Assembly: GCA_948472605.1 (NCBI GenBank)
Contig: CAOKUH010000002.1
Location: 1-33,174 of the forward strand
Source: an uncultured Mycoplasmatota bacterium
GTDB lineage: Bacteria > Bacillota_I > Bacilli_A > RF39 > UBA660
Length of the DNA stretch: 33,174 nucleotides
Direction: 5' to 3'
Shown one piece after another: positions 25,352-33,174 of the stretch. The translations under genes were made by a program, and so were the position numbers. Position 1 is the first letter of the stretch. The number at the start of each line of letters is the position of its first letter. The notes beneath the pieces were generated by a model. It saw nothing but the letters and a program-made list of their open reading frames with translations, was not told the DNA's origin and made no database searches.

Positions 25352-25849
25352 ATGAATGAAAATTATGAAAAAAAATTATATGGACTAAATGATATTTTTA
25401 ATTCTAAAGAAAAATATACAATATCATTTCAACAAAATGGTTATATTTGGGACTATGAAGAATTAATTACTTTATTAGAAGAGGTTAAAAATATAAGTAA
25501 AAGTGATAAGGAATATTGTTTAGGAACATTATTTGTTGTTAAAAATAATGATGGCTACGAAGTTATTGAAGGTCATCAAAGATTTATAAATATTTATATA
25601 TTATTAAATTGTTTAGGGATAAATACTAATAGTATTTTAAAATTTACTTATTGTGAAAAGTCTAATTATACTTTAAATAATATAAAAAGTATAATATCTA
25701 GTATGGAATTAAATGATGATACTGATGAAAACATTTTAAGTACGATAAAAATTTTTAATCAAGAGATAGTTAAAAAAGATTTTAATAAAGAAGAATTCAA
25801 GAAAAAATTAGAAAAAACAGTTGTTTGTTTAGTTTTAGTATCTGCTTAG
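25352..25849 (+). CDS. DUF262-like (ParB/GmrSD N-terminal nuclease-related) protein, short and probably truncated/degenerate
   Basis: YTISFQQNGYIWDYEELITLLEEV and YEVIEGHQRFINIYILL follow the DUF262 pattern (Y.IP.YQR.Y.W ... L..D; IIDGQQRLTT), but with QR->QQ and DGQQR->EGHQR substitutions. At 165 aa it lacks any C-terminal (DUF1524/HNH-like) part. Confidence 0.5.
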   Translation: MNENYEKKLYGLNDIFNSKEKYTISFQQNGYIWDYEELITLLEEVKNISKSDKEYCLGTLFVVKNNDGYEVIEGHQRFINIYILLNCLGINTNSILKFTYCEKSNYTLNNIKSIISSMELNDDTDENILSTIKIFNQEIVKKDFNKEEFKKKLEKTVVCLVLVSA

Positions 25850-25901
25850 TTTTTCTTTTCTTTTTCTTGAAAATAAGTATAATATAGGATAGTGATGATT
25901 T

Positions 25902-27698
25902 ATGAAACCAGAAAAAATTCGAAATTTTTCCATTATTGCTCATATTGATCATGGAAAGAGTACCCTTGCTGATCGAATCTTAGAAATAACTGGAGCTGTC
26001 GAAAAAAGAGAAATGGTTAGTCAAGTTTTAGATAATATGGATTTAGAACGTGAAAGAGGTATAACTATTAAGTTAAATGCGGTACACTTAAATTATAAAT
26101 ATAATAATGAAGAATATATTTTAAATTTAATAGATACTCCAGGTCATGTCGATTTTTCTTATGAAGTTTCTAGAAGTCTTGCGGCTTGTGAAGGAGCTAT
26201 TTTAGTTGTTGATGCTGCCCAAGGTATAGAAGCCCAAACTCTTGCTAATTTATACTTAGCTTTAGAACAAGATTTGACTATAATTCCAGTAATTAATAAA
26301 ATTGATTTACCAAATGCTGATGTTACGAGAGTAAAAGAAGAATTAAAAAATGTTTTAGGTTTTAAAGAAGAGGATATACTTTTATGTAGTGGTAAAACTG
26401 GTGTAGGTGTAAAAGAACTAATAGAAGCGATAATAACTCGTATTAAACCACCAGAGAATAATTTAAATAAACCATTACGAGCTTTAATATTTGATTCATA
26501 TTTTGATCCTTATAAAGGGGTTGTTGCTCTTGTAAAAGTTGTAGATGGAAAATTAACCAATAAAGATACGATTTTAATGATGGCAAATAATAGCAGTTTT
26601 GAAATTACGGAGATAGGTGTTCATACTCCGAAAGAAAAAAAGTTAAATTCCTTAGAAAGCGGCGAAGTAGGATATATATGCGCTAGTATAAAAGATATTA
26701 CAAGTGTGGAAGTTGGAGATACTATAACCTTGTTTAATAATAAAGCAACAAAAGAATTAGCAGGATATAAAAAGATGAAACCAATGGTTTATTCTGGGTT
26801 GTTTCCAGTTGAACCTAATCAATATGAAAGTCTAAAAGAAGCAATTGAAAAATTAAAACTAAATGATGCAGCGTTAACTTTTGAACCTGAGACTTCAGAG
26901 GCTTTAGGATTTGGCTTTAGAACAGGTTTTTTAGGTCTTTTACATATGGATATAATAATAACTCGATTAGAAAGAGAATTTAATATACCGGTAATTGCGA
27001 CAAGTCCAAGTGTAGTATATAAGGTAACTAAAACTAGTGGTGAAGTAGAGAATATTGATTCACCAACTAATATGCCAAATTCTACTAATATTAAAATGAT
27101 TGAAGAGCCTTATATATATACTAACATAATAGTTCCAAGTGAATATATTGGACCAATTATGGAATTATGTCAAAATAAACGAGGAATATATAAATCTTTA
27201 GAATATATTGATGAAGAAAGGGTTAATATTCACTATGAAATTCCTTTATCAGAAATCGCTTATGATTTTTTTGATAAATTAAAAAGTACAACTAGAGGGT
27301 ATGCTTCGTTTGATTATGAATTATGTGGATATAAAGCCTCTAATTTAGTTAAAATGGATATTTTATTAAATGGCGAAATTGTTGATGCATTATCAGTCAT
27401 TGTTCATAAAGATTTTGCTTATAATAGAGGACAGGCTATTACTTTAAAATTAAAAAACATTATTCCTCGTCAGATGTTTCAAATACCTATTCAAGCTAGT
27501 ATTGGATCTAAAGTAATTGCCAGAGAAAATATAAGTGCTATGAAGAAAAATGTTTTAGCTAAATGTTATGGTGGAGATGTTTCAAGAAAAAGAAAACTTT
27601 TAGAAAAACAAAAAGAAGGAAAGAAAAAAATGAAAATGCTAGGAAGTGTTGAAGTACCAAAAGAAGCATTCTTAAGTATTTTAAAAGAAGAGGGGTAG
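25902..27698 (+). CDS. lepA: elongation factor 4 (LepA)
   Basis: [28 protein letters not shown] and NKIDL GTPase motifs, plus the LepA-specific C-terminus ...[25 protein letters not shown]. Confidence 0.98.
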   Translation: MKPEKIRNFSIIAHIDHGKSTLADRILEITGAVEKREMVSQVLDNMDLERERGITIKLNAVHLNYKYNNEEYILNLIDTPGHVDFSYEVSRSLAACEGAILVVDAAQGIEAQTLANLYLALEQDLTIIPVINKIDLPNADVTRVKEELKNVLGFKEEDILLCSGKTGVGVKELIEAIITRIKPPENNLNKPLRALIFDSYFDPYKGVVALVKVVDGKLTNKDTILMMANNSSFEITEIGVHTPKEKKLNSLESGEVGYICASIKDITSVEVGDTITLFNNKATKELAGYKKMKPMVYSGLFPVEPNQYESLKEAIEKLKLNDAALTFEPETSEALGFGFRTGFLGLLHMDIIITRLEREFNIPVIATSPSVVYKVTKTSGEVENIDSPTNMPNSTNIKMIEEPYIYTNIIVPSEYIGPIMELCQNKRGIYKSLEYIDEERVNIHYEIPLSEIAYDFFDKLKSTTRGYASFDYELCGYKASNLVKMDILLNGEIVDALSVIVHKDFAYNRGQAITLKLKNIIPRQMFQIPIQASIGSKVIARENISAMKKNVLAKCYGGDVSRKRKLLEKQKEGKKKMKMLGSVEVPKEAFLSILKEEG

Positions 27699-27704
27699 GC
27701 TTAT

Positions 27705-28751
27705 ATGAAGTTTACTATTGATGACATTGAAAAATTTATATTTTCTGGAGAAAGCAAAAAAGACATTGCTACTAAGCATAATATATCATTATATTGGATT
27801 GAAAAATTAATAAACGATTTAAAAATTATAGATGTTGAACGTTATAATAGCCTAATAGCTAAATTACAAGAAAATGTTAAATTAAGAAGAGCAGAAATTA
27901 TAAAAGAAGAAAATAAGAAATTAAATAGTATCTTTAAAAATAATTCTGTTAATAAATATGCTAAAATGTTAGCAAATGGTGGTATTTCATTTTTAGAAGC
28001 GGCAAGACAATCAAATTATACAATATTATCTTTTATAAAATATTTAAATGAAGTAAAAAATGAAGAATATGCGAATAAATTACAACAAGTTTTAAAAGAC
28101 TTTAATTTAGATTTTAGAAATGAATCAAAACCATTAAAAAGTTTATTAGATTATTCTTTACAAATTCGAGAAGAAATAGTTTTAGTTGCTCTTACTTATA
28201 GAGTATCTTTAAAAACATTAGCTAAATTATTTCATACAACATACAAAGACATTATTAACTTATTTATATCGTTCGATAAACTTGAAGATAGTTTAGGATA
28301 TTTAGTTTTAGAAACTTTAAATGAAGATAGCACTACCGAAAAAGTAGCTTTACATTATGCCACAAAATATTTTCAAGAAAGAAAAGATTTAGTTTTAAAA
28401 AAATTGCCATTAAATGATTTATATGCAAAAATTTATGATTTTAGAGTGTTTGCAACAATTGGTAAACATGCGAGTGAGTTAACAGAGGAAGAAAGAGATT
28501 TAATAGCAAGATATCCTGTAAAATATTATGTTCCTATAGAAGCTTTTGCTATAGACTTAAAAAGAGATCAAGATTTAATTATAAATTGTATGGAAAGTTT
28601 AGCCAAAAGAAATCCTATTTTTGAAGATAAAGTTACGAGTTATAAATTGATAAACCAAAGTATGTCTAATTCCTATATAATTAATACCGAAATACCTTTT
28701 TATAATCGGACAAAACCCGATATTGATATCGCTTCAAGTATAAAAAAATAA
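27705..28751 (+). CDS. paralog 1 of an uncharacterised multi-HTH-like repeat protein family
   Basis: 348 aa, starting 6 nt after the lepA stop with a GAGGGG RBS. It shares four ordered modules with the next two genes. Examples are GGISFLEAARQSN, REEIVLVALTYRVSLKTLAKLF, LVLETLNEDS and EEERDLIARYPVKYYVPIEAF...MESLAKRNPIFEDK. Confidence 0.8.
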   Translation: MKFTIDDIEKFIFSGESKKDIATKHNISLYWIEKLINDLKIIDVERYNSLIAKLQENVKLRRAEIIKEENKKLNSIFKNNSVNKYAKMLANGGISFLEAARQSNYTILSFIKYLNEVKNEEYANKLQQVLKDFNLDFRNESKPLKSLLDYSLQIREEIVLVALTYRVSLKTLAKLFHTTYKDIINLFISFDKLEDSLGYLVLETLNEDSTTEKVALHYATKYFQERKDLVLKKLPLNDLYAKIYDFRVFATIGKHASELTEEERDLIARYPVKYYVPIEAFAIDLKRDQDLIINCMESLAKRNPIFEDKVTSYKLINQSMSNSYIINTEIPFYNRTKPDIDIASSIKK

Positions 28752-28893
28752 AAGATATAAAATTGAATTAGATATTAAATTTATGGAAAATGAAACCCAA
28801 TAAAAACATCTTTTTTTTGCTAATTGGTTTATTTAAATAAGATTACAGATGAATAGGCTAGTATAAACGCCTAGTTAAAAGGAGTAAAAAAAT

Positions 28894-30016
28894 ATGGAAG
28901 AGTTAAGTATAGATTATATTGAAAATTTAGTATTTGAAGGTAAACTTATAAAAGAAATAGTCTCTATTAGTAATAAAACAGAAAGTGTTATTAAAAGAAT
29001 AATTGATGGTTTAATTAATACAGAAAGTGGATATTATGATGTGGCTCGTTATAAAAGACTAAAGAAAAAAATAAATGAAAATAAATATAAATATAGACAA
29101 TTTAAAAAAGTAGTCGCTAATGATAATGCACATATAAAAAATCTTCCAATTAATAAGTTTGTTTTAGAATTTGCTTATGGAGAAATATCTTTTTTAGAAG
29201 CAGCAACAAGTTCTTCTACTGGACCATTATTTTTTGTTAAATATTTAAATAATATATCTGATGAAGAAATAAGAAATAGAGTCTTACCAATTTTAGAAGA
29301 ATTAGGTCTTTTGCCTGATAAAACAAAAGCTAGTTTTTTACTTTCATTGCCTATTAAAGTTCAAAAAGAAATCATTTTGATGGGCTCTAACTTATCGTGT
29401 ATCTTTAAAATCACTTGCTAAAATACTTAACACTATCGTTATAGATGTGTTAGATCTTTTTCTATCTTTTAATGATTTACAATTAGGACTTGATAATTTA
29501 TTTTTAGAAACATTTGATGAAGATGAAATTTCTTCTAAATTAGCCTATTATAAAGCATTATCTTATTGGAAAGAACGTAATAGAATTTTAAGAAGTATTA
29601 ATGAAATGAAAATAGAGCTTAATTCAGATAAAAATATAAGCGATAATAAAGATAAGATAAGCGAAATTGCAGATAATTTAGAAAGTTTAAAATTGGAAAG
29701 AAAGCAATTATATAGTGCAATTGACGATACACCTTTAAAAGCATCTATAGGTAAAAATGTCATTTTTTTAACTCAAGAAGAAAAAGATTTGATAGCTAGA
29801 TATCCTCTTAAATATTATATATCTCTAAATAGATGTTATGATGAACTAAAAAGAGGAAGACCATTAATTATGAGTTGTATAGAGGACTTAGCAAAACGAG
29901 ATGTAATATTTAATGAAAAGATAGAAAAATATTTGGAAAAATATCAAGAATATAGATATAGTGCCATTTTTAAAACAAGTCTAGGAGGAGAGCTTAATGG
30001 ACGAAAAACTCATTGA
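28894..30016 (+). pseudogene. paralog 2 of the same family, interrupted by a 1-nt frameshift (ORFs 28894..29421 and 29447..30016)
   Basis: Frame 1 reads ...VQKEIILMGSNLSCIFKITC*. Shifting by one nt at the GGG run (29382-29384) gives ...IILM-ALTYRVSLKSLAKILNTIVIDVLDLF..., which matches the conserved VALTYRVSLKTLAKLF / VALTYRVSFKSLAKMF blocks of paralogs 1 and 3. The second frame is open from 29384 onwards. Confidence 0.75.
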
Positions 30017-31289
30017 TTATATTGAACAATCTATAATGGATGGGAAACATATAAATTCTATAAGTAATGATTTAGAACTAAATAGATATTATATTTATAA
30101 AGAAATAAAAGCTTTAGATAAGCCAGAAACAATTGATAGATATAATAAAATAAAAGACCAGATTAAAATTAATAGCAGAAAAGGAAGAAATCCAATTATT
30201 GCTCCTGAAGAATATGGAAATTATATTGATGATATTGAACGTTGCATTTTTGAGGGGCATTTATATAAAGAAACTGCAAAATTAATTAATATTTCTCGAA
30301 ATTATGTTAATTTAATAATTGAAGATTTAAATAATTCAAATTCAAGTATATATGATGAAGAGCGTTATAAAGCTATAAAAGAACAACACAATAAGTTAAT
30401 GGCTTTAAAGTTCGCTGAAGGTGGAAAAAGAGGTAAAAATAATTATCTTAAAAAGGCAGTCGTTTTACCTTATGAAAAATATATTGACTTAATAGTTTCA
30501 GGTAAAATGTCTATTCTAGAAGCAGTTAAATTATCCAATGCTAAAACTTTAGACTTAATTATTTATTTAATTAATATCAAAGATTCAGAAATCCAAGAAA
30601 AATTGTATCCTATACTAAATGAATTTGATGTCTTTTTAAATTTTAATAACGGAAAAAATAAACCTTTAAAAAATAAATCACTAAAAGTTCGTCAAGAAAT
30701 TATTTTAGTAGCGTTAACATATCGCGTTTCTTTTAAATCTCTTGCTAAAATGTTTCGGACAAGTGTTTTAGATATTATAGAAAGTTTTAGAAATTGTGGA
30801 TATTATATCTATAGTTTAGATAAACTATTTTTAGAAACTTTACATGAGGATGAAAATTATGAAAAATTGGCTTTTGCTAATGCTGTAAAATATTTTAATG
30901 AAAGAAAGAGGCTTTTAGAACTAATAGAATATTATAAAATACAAAAAGACCAAGAAAAAGTTAAAGAATTAAGAATGGAACTTAAAAATTTACGAGAGTT
31001 AGTTGACGACACTATAGTAGAAAGAACAATTTATAAAAATGTTAATGATTTAAGTAATGTAGAAAAAGATCTTATTGCTAAATATCCACTTAAATATTTT
31101 GTATCTTTAAAAGAAGCAGGAAGAATATTAAAAAGAGATTATTTATTAATAGCCAAATATATTGAAGATTTATCTGAAAGAAATATTATATTTAAGGAAA
31201 AGATGCAAATTCATGATGCAAAATTTCAGGAATTACATGCAAATTATCGTTATCCAACCCATTTTGATAATAATAGTCCCAAAAGATAA
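29997..31289 (+). CDS. paralog 3 of the same family, with duplicated N-terminal module
   Basis: 430 aa. The GGAGGAG RBS lies inside the end of paralog 2 (20-nt overlap). There are two consecutive copies of module 1 (LIDYIEQSIMDGKH...IDRYNKIKDQ and YIDDIERCIFEGHL...DEERYKAIKEQ). The shared blocks follow: MSILEAVKLSN, RQEIILVALTYRVSFKSLAKMF, LFLETLHEDE and EKDLIAKYPLKYFVSLKEA...IEDLSERNIIFKEK. Confidence 0.8.
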   Translation: MDEKLIDYIEQSIMDGKHINSISNDLELNRYYIYKEIKALDKPETIDRYNKIKDQIKINSRKGRNPIIAPEEYGNYIDDIERCIFEGHLYKETAKLINISRNYVNLIIEDLNNSNSSIYDEERYKAIKEQHNKLMALKFAEGGKRGKNNYLKKAVVLPYEKYIDLIVSGKMSILEAVKLSNAKTLDLIIYLINIKDSEIQEKLYPILNEFDVFLNFNNGKNKPLKNKSLKVRQEIILVALTYRVSFKSLAKMFRTSVLDIIESFRNCGYYIYSLDKLFLETLHEDENYEKLAFANAVKYFNERKRLLELIEYYKIQKDQEKVKELRMELKNLRELVDDTIVERTIYKNVNDLSNVEKDLIAKYPLKYFVSLKEAGRILKRDYLLIAKYIEDLSERNIIFKEKMQIHDAKFQELHANYRYPTHFDNNSPKR

Positions 31290-31299
31290 GGAATAAATT

Positions 31300-31515
31300 A
31301 TGAATAAAGAAGAGTTAATTATAATGTTAATAGAAGCTTTAGGAAATGCTAAAACTATTGATGATGTTAAAGCAGTATTTTTTATGATGCTTGAACAAAA
31401 ATTAAGTGCAGATGATATGATTGTGATTTTAAAAGATATGAAACTTCGAGCAGATATTTTAGAAAGAATAAATGAATCTGAGGGGATTGTAAGAAAAAAG
31501 CAGGTGAAAATATAA
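31300..31515 (+). CDS. hypothetical 71-aa helical protein
   Basis: AAGGA RBS. Its stop overlaps the hemW ATG (TAATG). The antisense 95-aa ORF (31233..31520) has Ser/Ile/Phe-rich, antisense-like composition, so the + strand ORF is preferred. Confidence 0.55.
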   Translation: MNKEELIIMLIEALGNAKTIDDVKAVFFMMLEQKLSADDMIVILKDMKLRADILERINESEGIVRKKQVKI

Positions 31516-32606
31516 TGCAAGATAGTAAAGGTTTATATATTCATATTCCATTTTGTAAAACAATTTGTTCTTATTGTGATTTTTGTAAAGTTTTTTATAA
31601 TGATGATTGGGCATTTAATTATTTAAATGCTTTAACAAAAGAGATTTTAGATAATTATCGTAATGAAGAAATTGAAACAATTTATATTGGTGGTGGAACT
31701 CCTTCAAGTTTATCTTCTAAACATTTAATTAGATTATTTAAAATGTTAAAGTATTTTAATATTAAAAATTTAAAAGAATTTACTTTTGAATGTAACTTAA
31801 ATGATATTAATTCTGAGCTTTTAGAAATATTAAAAAGTGCGGGAGTAACAAGATTAAGTATAGGAATAGAATCTTTTAATTTAGATAAATTGAAACTAAT
31901 GAATAGAAATCACACTTTTATAGATGCTAAGGTAAGAATGAAATTATGTCGTGATTATGGATTTAACAATATAAATATAGATTTCATATATGGCTTTTCT
32001 ATAGATACTATAAAATCTGTTAAAGAAGATCTAAAAAAGATAATTAGTTTGAATCCTGAGCATATTAGTACTTATAGTTTGTTATTAGAAAAAAATACAT
32101 TACTATATTTAGAAAACCAAACCAGATTAAATGAAGATGAAGATGCAAAATTATACGAAATGATTTGCAAAATACTTAAGAAAAATAATTATATCCATTA
32201 TGAAGTAAGTAATTTTGCCAAAAAAGGGTATGAATCTAAACATAATTTACTTTACTGGTGTAATAGAGAATATTATGGGTTTGGTCTTTCTGCTTCTGGC
32301 TATATTGATAAAATAAGATATACTAATACTTTATCTTTAACTAATTATTTAAAAGGTATTTATTCTTTGGAAAAAGATTTATTAACGACTAAAGATATAA
32401 TGGATAATCATTTAATGTTAGGATTTAGATTAACTAATGGTTTTAATATAGAAGAATTTGAGAAAATCTACAATGTTAAGTTAGAAGATGAGTATCCTAT
32501 TAAACCCTTATTAAAAAATGGAGATTTAATACAAAAAAAAGGCAATATTTTTATAAATCCGGATAAACTATATATTATGAATGAGATTTTACTTAAAATG
32601 ATATAG
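31515..32606 (+). CDS. hemW: radical SAM heme chaperone HemW (HemN-like, oxygen-independent coproporphyrinogen oxidase family)
   Basis: GLYIHIPFCKTICSYCDF (CxxxCxxC), IYIGGGTPS, RLSIGIESF and a HemN C-terminal-like region. Its position after lepA supports the call. Confidence 0.92.
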   Translation: MQDSKGLYIHIPFCKTICSYCDFCKVFYNDDWAFNYLNALTKEILDNYRNEEIETIYIGGGTPSSLSSKHLIRLFKMLKYFNIKNLKEFTFECNLNDINSELLEILKSAGVTRLSIGIESFNLDKLKLMNRNHTFIDAKVRMKLCRDYGFNNINIDFIYGFSIDTIKSVKEDLKKIISLNPEHISTYSLLLEKNTLLYLENQTRLNEDEDAKLYEMICKILKKNNYIHYEVSNFAKKGYESKHNLLYWCNREYYGFGLSASGYIDKIRYTNTLSLTNYLKGIYSLEKDLLTTKDIMDNHLMLGFRLTNGFNIEEFEKIYNVKLEDEYPIKPLLKNGDLIQKKGNIFINPDKLYIMNEILLKMI

Positions 32607-32617
32607 AGGTGAAAGAT

Positions 32618-33094
32618 TTGAAAAAAATTTGTCTTTTCTTTTTGGTATTATTTTTAATTCCTACTTATGTAAATGCTAAAGATTTGGTTTTAAGCGAACT
32701 AAATATTTTAAATGGAGAGATATCTCCTAAGTTCGAACCATTAAATAATTCTTATACAATTATTTTAGATAAAGATGTGTATAATGTTGAATTTGACTAT
32801 AAAAAAGATGATGATATTGAAATAGAAATAGTTAATAATTTTGATTTAGAAAATAATTCATCAGTTGAAATAGTTTTAAGGTATGAGAAAAACGTAGTTA
32901 AATATCATTTTCAAATTTTAAAGGAAGTGGAAGAAAATATAAATCTAACATTCTTAGAAACAAATGATATTGTTGAGAATAATTTTATGTTTGAATATAA
33001 AAATTATATTATACCTAGTACTTGTATAATTTTGATTGTTATTGTTAATAGAGTTTTATTTCATAAGAAAAAACAAAGACGTAAAAAACATTAG
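32618..33094 (+). CDS. exported, C-terminally anchored protein with cadherin-like beta-sandwich-type domain
   Basis: Signal peptide MKKICLFFLVLFLIPTYVNA if the TTG at 32618 is used (8 nt after GAGG); the ORF-track GTG at 32609 is the alternative. LSELNILNGEISPKFEPLNNSYTIILDKDVYNVEF fits the L..L.v..G.L.P.F.p....Y.v.v pattern. C-terminal TM helix plus KKKQRRKKH. Confidence 0.55.
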   Translation: MKKICLFFLVLFLIPTYVNAKDLVLSELNILNGEISPKFEPLNNSYTIILDKDVYNVEFDYKKDDDIEIEIVNNFDLENNSSVEIVLRYEKNVVKYHFQILKEVEENINLTFLETNDIVENNFMFEYKNYIIPSTCIILIVIVNRVLFHKKKQRRKKH

Positions 33095-33174
33095 GTTAAG
33101 ATAAAAAATTTACGCTTTAATTTTGCATTAGTCAAGTAAAAGTAGACAATATATTAAAAAAACATGGGGGATTT

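Noticed and set aside
31233-31520. The 95-aa minus-strand ORF could be the real gene in the gap between paralog 3 and hemW.
   Set aside because: It would be a lone antisense gene inside a tightly packed + strand operon. It has Ser/Ile/Phe-rich shadow-like composition, whereas the + strand 71-aa ORF has an RBS and a TAATG coupling to hemW.
33095-33174. A CIRCE element (TTAGCACTC-N9-GAGTGCTAA) was expected upstream of a possible hrcA following hemW.
   Set aside because: No match to the CIRCE inverted repeat is present in the last 80 nt. Only a GGGGGA RBS-like sequence occurs at the very end, and the next gene lies outside the window.

Overview
This is a very AT-rich (roughly 27-30% GC by eye) chromosomal segment from a Bacillota-type organism. 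It uses the standard genetic code (TGG Trp; TGA/TAA/TAG all used as stops) and carries endospore genes (gpr, spoIIP). Nearly all genes are on the + strand. The backbone is housekeeping: rpsT | gpr-spoIIP-yqxA-like, dnaE immediately followed by polC, a DUF368 membrane protein, lemA-DUF2207, a DUF45 metalloprotease, a TrmH-family methyltransferase, rimM-trmD, rplS-lepB, lepA and hemW. Several accessory or lineage-specific elements interrupt this backbone. (1) A class II bacteriocin export locus at 11.8-15.5 kb has a C39-peptidase ABC transporter and a small coupled membrane protein. It also holds two double-glycine-leader peptide genes that are too short for the ORF track, and is flanked by a decayed DUF1016 gene. 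(2) A type III toxin-antitoxin module of the ToxIN/AbiQ kind lies at 23.4-24.1 kb, wedged between trmD and rplS. It consists of 3.2 tandem 36-nt repeats, a hairpin terminator and a ToxN-like endoribonuclease gene. (3) A short, probably truncated, DUF262-like ORF sits in front of lepA. (4) Three tandem paralogous genes of unknown function lie between lepA and hemW (27.7-31.5 kb), which in my recollection are normally adjacent. They are built from repeated helix-turn-helix-like modules; the middle copy is frameshifted and the third has an internal module duplication. A 71-aa ORF follows them and is translationally coupled to hemW. I consider (4), (2) and (1) the most interesting parts of the window. 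No rRNA, tRNA, CRISPR array or transposase was seen.
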